DNA of 60,937 nt. Source: a virus. Lineage: Duplodnaviria > Caudoviricetes. Made by a program: the position numbers and the translations under genes. The notes under the pieces are model-generated. The model ran no database searches, was not told where the DNA came from, and saw nothing but the letters and a program-made list of their open reading frames with translations. The stretch spans positions 1-60,937 of IMG/VR virus record IMGVR_UViG_3300035670_000217, one strand, 5' to 3'. Shown one piece after another: positions 1 to 10,400 of the stretch (positions are counted from its first letter, which is position 1; the number at the start of each line of letters is the position of its first letter).

Positions 1-127
1 GCAAGGACGTAGGCCCCGCCTACATAACCGGGACCCTACGATTTTATCAGCCCTACGGCGTGAGCAGCGGCATCCTGTGCCGCGCATGCAAGTTGAAGTT
101 CCTGACCCGTTACCTCAATGAACTCCG
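1..127. repeat. 127-bp direct repeat, copy 1 (identical to 60703-60829); probable circularisation/assembly overlap
   Basis: GCAAGGACGTAGG...CAATGAACTCCG matches 60703-60829 base for base; the copies diverge at the next base. Confidence 0.95.
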
Positions 128-150
128 CCGCCAAGCCGAGGAGGCCTCCA

Positions 151-378
151 ATGACCAAGGTCGCTGACCCATGCCCGCGCTGCGGAGAGCGCGTGGTGTG
201 GATTGTCAACGATGTCCCTGGGCTCTACATGCAATGCGACCGCTGCAAGGCGATGGGGCCTATCGCCCCCACGTCACCAATGGCCAGGGAGGCGTGGCAG
301 AGATGGCGGGGGATGGAGATGGCTCGACAGGAAAAGGAGGGCGGGAATGGCCAAGCCGACCCCGGTCACGCCGGCTGA
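151..378 (+). CDS. Lar-like restriction-alleviation zinc-ribbon protein (putative)
   Basis: GAGGAGG RBS; CPRCG...CDRCKAMGP...AREAW pattern typical of the Lar family. Confidence 0.6.
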   Translation: MTKVADPCPRCGERVVWIVNDVPGLYMQCDRCKAMGPIAPTSPMAREAWQRWRGMEMARQEKEGGNGQADPGHAG

Positions 379-838
379 CCGTGTGCTGGTTTCCGAGCTA
401 CTCGAGCGCGGAATGTCGATGCGCGAGATTGCCGAGAAGCTGGGCTACACCCACGGGCAGGTGAGGGGCGCCGTCGAGCGTTACCGGCTTAGGAAGACGC
501 CGGCCCCGCTGGGCACGCCCAAGTTCAACCCCGAGAAGAAGGCTCGGCTGCTGGCTATGGCCAAGCAGATGGTGATGGAGGGCAAGACCCTGCCCGAGAT
601 CGCCGAGGAGATCGAGCGGGTCAGCGGCAAGAAGATCGCCAGCAACACGGTCAGGGAGTGGCTGCCGGACCACCTGACCCCCAAGGTGCGCGAGAACGCC
701 ATCGCCGCCATCGCCCGACATAGCCGCGCCAGGGGCGCCAAGCAGCGAAGTCGGCGCAAGGCCCTGGAGGAGGAGAATCGCCGCCTTCGTGACGAGGTGA
801 GGATCTTGAGGGCGAAGCTGGCGAGGTCTCAGGCGTGA
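347..838 (+). CDS. HTH DNA-binding protein with two HTH-like segments
   Basis: AAGGAGG RBS; GMSMREIAEKLGYT and GKTLPEIAEEI motifs; C-terminal coiled coil. Confidence 0.7.
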   Translation: MAKPTPVTPADRVLVSELLERGMSMREIAEKLGYTHGQVRGAVERYRLRKTPAPLGTPKFNPEKKARLLAMAKQMVMEGKTLPEIAEEIERVSGKKIASNTVREWLPDHLTPKVRENAIAAIARHSRARGAKQRSRRKALEEENRRLRDEVRILRAKLARSQA

Positions 839-1104
839 CCACCAAGTACCGGATCACCTTCGCCGATGGTAAGCAGGCGACCATGCTGGACCCTGGTGGC
901 GCCGAGATCGAGGCGGTCAGGGCCAGCGTCGAGGCCAGGTTCGGCAGGGACAGGATCAAGCACATCGAGAGGACGGACCAACATGACATCAGCGAATCGC
1001 CGGGCGCGGCGAATGAACCGCAAGGAGCTGGACACCATCATGAGTCGGGCGGCCAAGCGCCTCAAGGTGATGGTGTGGCGCGGCTGGATCACCCGGGACG
1101 GTGA
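835..1104 (+). CDS. hypothetical phage protein
   Basis: GTGA coupling with the upstream stop; 3' part overlaps the next gene, so the end is uncertain. Confidence 0.5.
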   Translation: MTTKYRITFADGKQATMLDPGGAEIEAVRASVEARFGRDRIKHIERTDQHDISESPGAANEPQGAGHHHESGGQAPQGDGVARLDHPGR

Positions 1105-1411
1105 CCGGATTGACCACTTCGGGCTCTGGAAGCACCACCCCTTCACCAAGCCGGGCGACAAGGACGGGCTCGAGAGCTATGCCGAGTGCGCCCCCTTCCT
1201 CTGGACCATCGAGGCGCGCATCGAGTGCGAGCGCCAGGTCGGCGACAAGCTCGAGCGCTACGCCCCCGACGCCCTGGAGGCCTTGCCAAGCCAGGTGATG
1301 ACCTGGGAGGAGATGAAGGTCTGCGCCCTGGATCTCATGGCCGATCTCGAGCGCCAGGTGAACAGCCGGCACATCATCGACCGCCATTTCGTGATTCGCC
1401 CGAGGACGTAA
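983..1411 (+). CDS. hypothetical phage protein
   Basis: GAGGA RBS; GC3-rich codon usage. Confidence 0.7.
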   Translation: MTSANRRARRMNRKELDTIMSRAAKRLKVMVWRGWITRDGDRIDHFGLWKHHPFTKPGDKDGLESYAECAPFLWTIEARIECERQVGDKLERYAPDALEALPSQVMTWEEMKVCALDLMADLERQVNSRHIIDRHFVIRPRT

Positions 1412-1413
1412 CC

Positions 1414-1734
1414 ATGATGATGACCCACCCCACCACCGGCGAGGCCATCGAGGCGAGCGAACTGGCCAAAGAGGTCGGCATCAAGGCGGCGACCCTCGAG
1501 CGGCGCTGGTACAACGGGGATCGCGGCGAGCGCCTGGTGCGCCCCGTTAATCCCAAGCTGGCCAAGCTGCGCGCCATGACCGAGGAGGAGAAGGCCAAGC
1601 TGCGCGCGATGGCCGAGAAGGTCGAGCATCGCCAGCGCGACCGGGTGCGCCAGACGCCGGAGTGGGCCATGCTGACGGCGCCACGCCTGGGCGACTACGC
1701 CCACCACTACGCCCAACTGAGGAACTCGAGATGA
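1414..1734 (+). CDS. putative DNA-binding protein
   Basis: GAGGA RBS; HTH-like ASELAKEVGIKAATLERRW motif. Confidence 0.65.
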   Translation: MMMTHPTTGEAIEASELAKEVGIKAATLERRWYNGDRGERLVRPVNPKLAKLRAMTEEEKAKLRAMAEKVEHRQRDRVRQTPEWAMLTAPRLGDYAHHYAQLRNSR

Positions 1735-2180
1735 CCGACACCCACCACCATGCCGCCCTGCAACGCGCCGGCAGCGCCCTGGGGCTGGAGGCCGGCGATG
1801 ACCTGCACAAGAAGGTCGTGCCGGCGATCAACGCGCTCAAGGCCCACAATCAGGTGCTGCGCGCCCTATGCGCTCACGCCCTCGCCAAGTCGGACCATGA
1901 CGACATGGAGGGCATGATCGAGGCGATGAAGCTGGCGATCAGGCTGACGCCGGAGGAGGTGCTGGCCAACCTGGAAGCCGAGTTCGACGAGCTCACCCGG
2001 CGCCAGGCCACGCCGACCATGGAGATGATCATCCAGGCGGTGCATGACGAGGCCGGGCGCTGCGATGGCGAGCTCACCAGTCCGATCTTCATCCGCGTGG
2101 ACCCGCACGACTACGACGCGCTGTGCGACGAGGAGGCGGCCCGGGAGGCGACTACTCAGAAGCGCGAGTCGTCAGAATGA
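1731..2180 (+). CDS. hypothetical phage protein
   Basis: ATGA coupling; codon usage; converges on the lysis cassette. Confidence 0.7.
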   Translation: MTDTHHHAALQRAGSALGLEAGDDLHKKVVPAINALKAHNQVLRALCAHALAKSDHDDMEGMIEAMKLAIRLTPEEVLANLEAEFDELTRRQATPTMEMIIQAVHDEAGRCDGELTSPIFIRVDPHDYDALCDEEAAREATTQKRESSE

Positions 2181-2412
2181 TCGCCTCAAGGCGCTCGACG
2201 TGGGCCTGTAGGCGGGCGTCGCGCTCGACCAACCCCTGGTAGGCGGCATCGCTCAGGCACTGTAGGTCGCCGGCCTGGAGGGTCGGCAGGGTCGGCCGGT
2301 CGGGAAGCGGCAGCTCGACCGGCCGGTACTCAGTGGTCGTCGCGCATCCCGCGCTCGAAGTGATCGCGGCGACCATCGCGAGCGCGATCCACGGCCTTTT
2401 CCACCTCGACAT
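2152..2412 (-). CDS. o-spanin (Rz1-like lipoprotein)
   Basis: Signal peptide with lipobox SSAGC; Pro-rich mature part; overlaps the i-spanin 3' end in another frame. Confidence 0.8.
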   Translation of the reverse strand: MSRWKRPWIALAMVAAITSSAGCATTTEYRPVELPLPDRPTLPTLQAGDLQCLSDAAYQGLVERDARLQAHVERLEAIILTTRASE

Positions 2413-2620
2413 CACCTTTCTCCCTTGCGGTTTCGCTGGCCTTGTCCGCCTCCTGGCGCGCCTCGATGCTGGCCTCGGCGCTGTCGGCCCGGCGCGCCTG
2501 GCGCTGGGCCTTCTGCTCGGCGCGGTCCTTCTGGCGGCGGGTGACCTCAAGCATCACCCCGAGCACGGCCAGCAGGGCGCCCAGGGCGGCCGACAGCCAC
2601 TTCCACAGCCTACCCATCAT
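2330..2620 (-). CDS. i-spanin (Rz-like)
   Basis: N-terminal TM helix (WLSAALGALLAVLGVML) then coiled coil; downstream of the endolysin. Confidence 0.8.
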   Translation of the reverse strand: MMGRLWKWLSAALGALLAVLGVMLEVTRRQKDRAEQKAQRQARRADSAEASIEARQEADKASETAREKGDVEVEKAVDRARDGRRDHFERGMRDDH

Positions 2621-2825
2621 CACGCCCCGGCAGCTTCTGCTTGAGCACCCTGACCACGCCCACGCCAAGGGCGCACACGGTCGATGCCGCGGCGAACGCC
2701 CCGTCGGGCAGGGTCGACTCCCATAGCGGGAGGGACGCCTCCAAGGCGGCGAAGACGGCGGAGATAACTGCCAGGCGCACCGACCATAGCCGGTGCCACT
2801 GCTTGGCATCATCGGTCAGCTTCAT
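2610..2825 (-). CDS. small 2-TM holin-like membrane protein
   Basis: WHRLWSVRL motif, two hydrophobic segments, basic C-terminus; lies in the lysis cassette. Confidence 0.6.
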   Translation of the reverse strand: MKLTDDAKQWHRLWSVRLAVISAVFAALEASLPLWESTLPDGAFAAASTVCALGVGVVRVLKQKLPGRDDG

Positions 2826-3619
2826 GGGCTTGCCTCCAGGGCGGCGCTATGGCGGTCGTAGGCCGCCTGCATCCGCTTGTCATAGGCATTCTTGGCGAAT
2901 GCCGGCCCGTTGTAAAGCCTCGCCACGGTGGGCCAGTCCAGGCGCTGTAGGGCGCGGTGCAGGCCGGGCTCGGCCTTGATGAAGCGCACGAAGGCATCGA
3001 GCTGCCGGCCCTCGCTCTCGCGCATGGCATCCATGAAGGCGCTGGCGCTGGTGTAGCCGAGGCGCTCCCAGTGGAAGCCCATGATCTGGAACAGGCCCCA
3101 GCTCGCGCTCTCGATGGCGGCGTCCGGGTGGATGCTCCAGGCCAGGCCGATGCGCGGCCACTCGCGGGCGTTGCCCTGGTAGCCGCCGGCGGCGGTGTTG
3201 ACGACATCCGGGTAGGCCAACTGCCAGGGCGCCGGGTTGATGCCGTGGTGGACCAGGCGCCGGCGCATGATGTGGCGCTCGAACAGGATGACCACCCGCT
3301 CGTCGGGCAGGAAACCGCTGCCGCGACTCTCGACTTCGTTGATGGCCATCACCGCGGCCAGCTCGACACCGAGATCCTGGGCAGCTTTCTCCAGGTCCGC
3401 CTGGCGAAGCAGCTTGCCAGTGTCCTTGGCGGCCAGGGCAGCCAGGGTCTTGGGGCCGGCAATTCCGTCGGCCACCAGCCCCGCCTGACGCTGGAAGGCG
3501 CGCAGTGCGGCATCGGTGGCGGGACCGAAGATGCCGTCGGCGGTCAGCTTGGCGCCGTGCTCATTCAGGGCGCGCTGTAGCGCCGCGACGTTTTCCCCGC
3601 GATCCGGGATGCGCATCAT
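2822..3619 (-). CDS. endolysin: peptidoglycan-binding domain plus N-acetylmuramidase (DUF3380-type)
   Basis: DGIFGPAT/DGIAGPKT PG-binding motifs; VESRGSGF, ILFERH, SASWGLFQIMGF, YNGP motifs. Confidence 0.92.
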   Translation of the reverse strand: MMRIPDRGENVAALQRALNEHGAKLTADGIFGPATDAALRAFQRQAGLVADGIAGPKTLAALAAKDTGKLLRQADLEKAAQDLGVELAAVMAINEVESRGSGFLPDERVVILFERHIMRRRLVHHGINPAPWQLAYPDVVNTAAGGYQGNAREWPRIGLAWSIHPDAAIESASWGLFQIMGFHWERLGYTSASAFMDAMRESEGRQLDAFVRFIKAEPGLHRALQRLDWPTVARLYNGPAFAKNAYDKRMQAAYDRHSAALEASP

Positions 3620-3897
3620 CGAAGATTCCTCCTAGCGGATAGCATTTTGACGTGGAAGATGATGTTCAGTAGCACCACGAGATCAAACAGGTGCCAGGCG
3701 TTGGCGGTGATTGAGGCGTAGGGAGACTGCTGGGCCATGTAGTGCGAATTGATCATCAGCAGGTAGACCACAAGCACCAGGCTATCGCCGACGATCGGCT
3801 CGGCGCAGCGCCGGGGTGGCATGGCCTTGAGGGCGTAGATCACCATCACCAGGCCGATGACGGCGATCACCATGTTGACGTAGCCGAAAAAGCTCAT
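3616..3897 (-). CDS. 3-TM membrane protein of the lysis cassette (holin or accessory)
   Basis: GGAGG RBS; three hydrophobic segments; coupled to both neighbours. Confidence 0.65.
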   Translation of the reverse strand: MSFFGYVNMVIAVIGLVMVIYALKAMPPRRCAEPIVGDSLVLVVYLLMINSHYMAQQSPYASITANAWHLFDLVVLLNIIFHVKMLSARRNLR

Positions 3898-4268
3898 TTG
3901 CCTCCCCTCCAGACCGAGAGGATCGCGCGCAGCGAGCCCGCTGGGTCTTCTTTGAATCGGCGACCGAGGTTCAGCAGGCCGAGGAACAGGTGATCCGCTT
4001 GCAATACCACCAGGCCGAGAATGACCCCCTTGGTGCCCGCGCCGAGCGTTTCGTCGGGAATATCGGAGAGGTAGAGGTTCATGAGGCCGCCGACCAGGAC
4101 GGCCACCGACATGTGCCTGACCCAATCCCGCCAGCTCGCCTTGGCCTCCGACCACATCATCTTGACGAACACGACGCCGACGATGATGACCCAGAAAGCG
4201 CCGTACTCGGCCACAAGCCTCTTGAGGTCATCCATTCCGCGCCGCTCCTTTGTTTCTGAGTCGGGCAT
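3894..4268 (-). CDS. putative holin (possible dual start at 4268 and 4235)
   Basis: Three TM segments, basic C-terminus, first gene of the lysis cassette; two Met codons each with an SD. Confidence 0.65.
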   Translation of the reverse strand: MPDSETKERRGMDDLKRLVAEYGAFWVIIVGVVFVKMMWSEAKASWRDWVRHMSVAVLVGGLMNLYLSDIPDETLGAGTKGVILGLVVLQADHLFLGLLNLGRRFKEDPAGSLRAILSVWRGGK

Positions 4269-4274
4269 AACGGC

Positions 4275-4445
4275 TCCATACTGGTGAAGCACCACCCCTG
4301 TGTATCTCCCCAGCTCTCTGGCTGGTTGAAGGGACTACCCATCAGGGTAGTCGAGGTGGGCGGAACAACCCGATTACGCGCCGCCCTCGCGCCGAGAGGA
4401 AGACCATCGCCGCACCGGATCGGGTGCCAGCCACGACGATAGCCT
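4275..4445 (-). ncRNA. structured leader or candidate ncRNA upstream of the lysis cassette
   Basis: Several adjacent hairpins, e.g. GACTACCC-TGAT-GGGTAGTC at 4333-4352, behind an extended -10-like TGGTACTAT. Confidence 0.35.
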
Positions 4446-4456
4446 GATAGTACCAC

Positions 4457-7400
4457 CTACCTGCCGCGGGTTCCTTCGTAGATCGGCAGCACGTTGTAGT
4501 TCTCCAGGAACTGTTCGTCGCGCTCCCAGCGATCCCGCGGGCGGGACTCGATCACCGCGTCGACGCCATCCAGCATCCGATTGAGGCGGCTGTTGATCAT
4601 CTGCGGCGTGATCTCGATCTCATTGCCCGGGTTGCGCTCGTTGTAGGCGTCGAGCTTGGCCCACTCGGCGTCGATCCTGGCCTCGAGCTGGGCTGCGCGC
4701 TCGGGGTTCTGGTTGCGAATCGCGTCGGCCTCGACCCGCGCCAGGCGGTTGGCGAAGCGCGACCGCACCCCGGACTGGCGGCTCATGTCGCGCCCGCTGC
4801 GGTAGAGGTAGTCCTGCACGTCGGAGACGATCGTCGGCTGGACGCCGAAGGACTTCCACCACAGCGCCGATGTCGGGATCTGGTCCGGGCGAAGCAGCAG
4901 GTCGCCTCGGGAGGTATAGGCCCCCTCGGTGCGCCAGCCCTGGGCAATGACCGGGTTCTTGATGAAGTTGGGCATCAGCTCGGCGACGGCGCCGACGCGA
5001 TCGCCGGCTTTCTCGCGCCGCCAGGCCCGCTGGGGACGGCCCACCAGGAGATCCGCCGGGATGCCCAGCGCGTCCTGCACGGAGCTGGTCCCGGGCAGGA
5101 TGTTCTGGAGGCCGATGCGGCGGCTCATGTCTATGCCCAGCGGGTAGAGCCCGCCCTTGTCAGCCACCTCGGCGATCCATTGCCGGCCGGTCTTCTCGAA
5201 GATCCACTCGCGAAGATTGTGACGCACGTCCTCGTCCTCGTCCGTGATCCACCTCCAGAGATCCTCGTAGAGCTGGCGAAGGTGATCGAGCCCGGGCGCG
5301 CCCCACACCCCGGAGAGCGCCACGATCGCCGCCACCGAGGCCGCTGCCATCATCTTGCCGTCGCGACCATGGAGGGAGGCCCAGCGATACCAGGCCTGCA
5401 GCGAGTTCAGCACGAAGGACATGAACTGGAAGATCGGCGCGCCGTGGCTGCGCAGCATCTTCGAGCGGTTGGCCTTGCCCATCATGAACTGCGACTCGTT
5501 GACGATGAACGTCGCGAAGTTCTCGGGGCTCCAGTGCTGGCCGAGCATAGTGTGCTTGGCCAGGGCATTCTTCGCGAACACCTGATTGGCCTTGGCCTGG
5601 ACGCCCTTCGCCTTGGCCATCCGCACCGCGGCGATGAAGGTTACCAGGCGGTTCATCCGCTCGACGTAGGTGTAGCTGGCGGCCACGAAGTCGATGGTGC
5701 GCTCGAGCTTGGCGGCGGCACTGCCGTCGCGGCGCCCAGAAAAGCCCATTACCTCGTGGGTGAACTGCGGCGCGAACATGCCGTCGTCCCACGCGGCCTG
5801 CACCTCGGCGCGCACGTCCGCCGGCGCATCGGCGGGGTCGAACATCTGCAGCATCATGTCCGCGGAGCCGCGCAGCCCGCCGCGCTTCCAGCCTTCGCGG
5901 GCCTGGTCGATGAAGCTGGTCATGGCCAGCGCGTCCTTGTAGGCGCGCGCCACCTCTGCCGCCGCCCTGGCCTGGCCGCCGGCCTGGGACAGGATCGGCA
6001 TGGTCATGATCGGCACCTGGGTCGCGTTGAGCGCCGCGGTGGAGACGTTGCCGGCGATGTAGAACAGGAAGCCGGTCTGGCGCAACACCGCATACTCCTC
6101 GGCAGGGTCGTTCACATAGCGCTGGTAGTCGTGGGCATACCGGCGCAGGCGCTCGCCCTTCACCCCGGAGATGGCGTCCTGCCAATCCTTCTGGTGGTGA
6201 CGGCGCGACAGGTAGCCGGCCATGCTGGCCATGTAGTCGGCGATCGATCGCTCGAAGTCGTCGGTGTAGCCGGGCACGTTGTCTGACTGGAAGAAGTGGC
6301 GACGGAAGCCGCGGCCCTGCATGGCCTGGGCAAACTCGTCGCGCACGCGGTCCCACGTCTCGTTGTCCAGGTGCGCCAGGTCGGCCAGGGAGTCCAGGTC
6401 AGCCAGGTTGATCTGGTTTTCCTCGCGGGCTCGCTGGGTGTCCAGCACCGAGATGGTGCGGTTGGCACCACCCCAGCGCTCCTTGACCTCAGCCAGGCGA
6501 CGGCGAACCTCGGGGATGGCGGCCTCGGCCTTGGCGCCGCTCTTGCTGGCCTTCCACAGCGCCAGGCGATCGCGGTAGCCGGTGATCTCCACCTTCTCGC
6601 TGTAGACGGTGCGGGTGGTCTCACGCTGCAGCGCCTTGCGCTGGCCCTGGTTGATCTGCCAGCCACCCTCCAGCTCGTTGTAGGTGGCGCCGATCTGGCC
6701 CATGAAGCCGGCCATGTCGTCGGGCACCCCGCGGGCGATCCAGCCGCCTTGCGGATTCTTGACGTACTGGATGTCGGTCAGCGTCTCGCGCACGGTGATC
6801 GCGAAGCGCCCGTAGCGGGACAGCGGGACGTAGCCGGCACGCTTGGCCTGCTCGATCTCCTCGGCCATCTGCGCCATGTTGCGCAGCCGCTCCTGCTGGG
6901 CCTGGGGCATGTCGTCGGTGATCGAGTCGAGCATAGCGCCCGCCGGATCGGTCAGGCCGGTGAACTCGGCCAGGCCCATGTCCAGCAAGGTCTGGTCACG
7001 GAACAGGTCGAGGGCATCGTCGAACATCTCGCGGAGCTGGGCGTAGGCCTCGCGCTCCACCTTGGACAGCTTGATCACCTCGCCCCGCTTGCTGAGGGCC
7101 GTGTTGAGCGGCTCCCGGCGACGCACCGGGTTGCCTGCGGCGTCGTGGACCACCACGGTCTTGAAGCCCGGGTTCTTGATGCCGGCGCGGAGTTGGAAGT
7201 CCGTGTAGCTCTCGTTGAGCAGGCGGCCCAGCTCGAGCACGCGGTTGACCCTGGCGCGGCCTTCGCCGGTCAGCTCCTTGTAGGCCCGGAACTTCGGGTA
7301 CATCTCGGCGATGATCTGGTCCCGGAACTGGTTCTGGCGCATCGCGGTGGTGAAGACCGGGGTGAACTGCTCCTCCATGCTGGCGATGGTGTAGGGGTGA

Positions 7401-10400
7401 TGGGTCCAGTAGGTGATCCGCCCGATGTCCCGGGTCACGCCGCTATCGAAGTCGGCGACGAAGGACTCAGGCTTGACCGACAGGGCGCGCTGGGCCTCGG
7501 CCACGGCGCGCCGCACCTCCTGGCGCCGCACGTCCTCGGGGACCGGGTTGCCCTCGGCGTCGACCATGCCGCCCTCGTCCGCCCGGGCGGTCACGGCCAG
7601 GGCCGGGCTGGCGGCCATCTCGCCGTTGCGCAGGGCGGCAGCGGCCAGGGCGCGGAGCTGTGCCGGGCTCACCTGGCCGAGTTGGATGCCGAAGGTGCGC
7701 ATCGCCCACGCCTTCACGCGGCCCACCATGTCGTTGACCCACGCCTTGAGGGTGCGCGGCGCAGCCTCGTAGGCCTCGATGGCGTAGGCGCCGAACTCCT
7801 CGATGCGGCGCTGCTCGCCCATGGCGTCGCCGGCGGCCTCGGCGGCCTCGATGCGCTGGCGGGCGGCGGCGAAGAAGTCACCGGCGGCCCCGGGGCTGCG
7901 GCTGTACTGGCGGTACAGGGCGGCCAGGCGGCCCTGCAGCTCGTTCCAGGCCTTGGTGCCGATCAGCGGGCGCGCGCCGGCATGGAAGGCCTCGTGCAGC
8001 AGGGCCGGCAGGATCGTCTCTGGCGTCAGGTTGCGGGCGACCAGGGTGATGGTGCCGTCTGCATCCACGTAGGCCTGGGTGCCGCGCGGCAGGTTGGCCG
8101 GAACGTGGTTGAGCACCTGGATCTTGCCGCTGGCGATCATGGCGTCGGCGGCCTCGCCCAGCTCTGACTGCATCAGGCGCTGGACCACCTCGGCATCACC
8201 CATCCGCGGCGTCCGCTCACGGTTGGCGGCCACCGATCTGGCGGTCGCGGAACGCATCTGCGCGCGGGCCGCTGCCGGCTCCTGGATCGCGCCGGTTACC
8301 TCCAACTGCCCTTCAACCAGCTCGCCGCGCAGCACGACCGGGCGGTTGTCGCGGTCGCGCACCGCCTCCAGGGCGATGAAGCCATCCTGGTTGGAGACCG
8401 CGCCGGTGGTGGTGTAGGCCTCGCCGTCGACCTCGTAGGTGCGCACGCCGGTCGATTCGCGGTTCTCGAAGTTGCCGAGCTTGCGATTGCGCTCGGCAGC
8501 GATATAGCGGTTCTCCCGCTCACCCCGGGCAGTGTCGGCGTGGTACTCGGCGAAGGCCACCTGGATCGCGTACCACTGCTGAAGCTCGGCCAGCTCGTTG
8601 ACGCGACTCTCGTCGACGCTCTGCTCGGCGACCTCGGCCTCACGCGGCTGGCGGCGCTCCAGCTCGGCCAGGTACTGGCGCTGGCTGTCGAGAGCGAGGG
8701 CCAGCTCGCGGGTCAGGTGGGCGGGCTCCAGGGCGGCACGGAAGCTGCTGGAATCCTCGGGCTTGGCCGCGGTGTGGCCGACGCTGAAATGACGTTCGCC
8801 GGTGGCCTCCAGGTAGAGGTTGGTGTTGATCACGTCCTTGCCGTAGCCAGGCGCGCGCTCCAGGGTCAGGTTGATGGTGCCGAGCTTCACGCTGACCCGC
8901 TTGGACATGTCCTTGGGTCCGGCGGCCACGTCGGCTAGGGCCTTCTGCCACAGCCGGGCGTAGGCCGACTTCTCCACCACCTCCTTGCTGAAGATATGCG
9001 GGCGGCTCGGGCGGGCAGGCAGTGGCGGCAGCTTGGTGTCACCGCGGGCAACGGCCTTCTCGCGCTTGGCCTCGGCCAGTGGCAGCTTGGCCTGGTAGTC
9101 GGCATAGGCCTCCTCGAAGGCGGCCATCGCCTCGGCCATGGCGGCGTCATGCTCGGCCACGCTGGCGGTCTCGCCGGCAAAGGAGAGATCGCCCAGCGCC
9201 TGGGGCTCCAGGCCAGCAATGGTCGCCTCGAGCTTGGCCTTGCGCTCGGGGTAGTCGCGCAGGAAGCGCTTGGCGTTATCGACGGAGATGGCGCGGCCAC
9301 TGGTCTCGGCGCGCGCCTCGGTGAGATCCCGCTCGGCCTCGAGCTTGAGGCGGAACACCGGGTTGCCGGTGGACGAGGCCATGAACTCGGCATACTGGTC
9401 GGCATCGCCTTCCGCCTCGCTCATGCTGTCGAGGCCGCCGATGCGGAACTGCTCGATGGCGCCAGCCTTGCGCTCCAGGATCTGCCACATCACGGTGTCG
9501 CTGGTGCCGTTGGTCGAGTAGGCGTGGATCTCCACCTCGAAGCCGTCGGGGTCGCGCTCGTAGAGCTTGTTGCCCTGGCGAATGATGCGGCCCTCGCGCT
9601 GCTCCACGTCAGAGGGGCGCCACGGGGCGTCCAGGTGGTGCAGGGCGACCAGGCGCTCCTGGACGTTGGTGCCGGCCCCCATCTTCGGGGTAGAGCCGAT
9701 CAGCACGCGCACCGCGCCGGCGTTGACCCGGGCGAACAGGCGCTGCTTCTTCTCGGGGGTGTTGTAGTCGTGGATGAACGCGATCTCCCCGGCGGGGATG
9801 CCCATCTCGATCAGCACTTCGCGCAGGTCGTCGTAGACCGAGAAGCCGGTGTCGGCGGTCTGCATCTCGACCTCGAACTCCTGGGCCTGGGCGAAGAACG
9901 CCTCGATCTTCTCCAGCTTGTCGCCGGCCAGGGCCGGGTCGGCCATCACGTCCTCGGAGAGCGCCACGGTCTGCTTCCACTGCTCCATGAACGGCAGGTC
10001 GCGCATGGCCTTCATGCGGGCGCGCGCCACCTTGTCGTTGAACAGCAGAGTCAGGGCGTCGCGGACGATCTTGCGCGCGTTCTTGCCGGCCTGCTTGGCC
10101 GGGGTGGACAGGTCGCTGAACACGAGCTGGGTGCCGCGGTCGTCGCTCCAGCGGTCGTAGATGTCCTTGATGCGCCGAGCCGAGCGCATCACCTTGCCGT
10201 TGTCGTCGCGCGCCGCCTGGGGGTCCACGGTGCGGATGTCGAGGGACATCTTGCGCGCATCGGAGAGCACCCACAGCGGGTTGTCGATCTTGGCGTACTC
10301 GGGATCTTGCTTGTTGGCCTCGATTCCCTGCATCCGAGCCACGAGGTAGTCCATGAACTCGGCCTGCTGCGGGGTGATCGCCGAGGTATCGAGCTGGCGG

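Noticed and set aside
1-127. Physical direct terminal repeat of the virion DNA
   Set aside because: The length equals a common assembler k-mer, it begins mid-gene, and the second copy is not at the end of the contig.
4270-4456. tRNA gene, as some related phages carry one near here
   Set aside because: No cloverleaf, TTCGA T-loop or acceptor stem could be identified.
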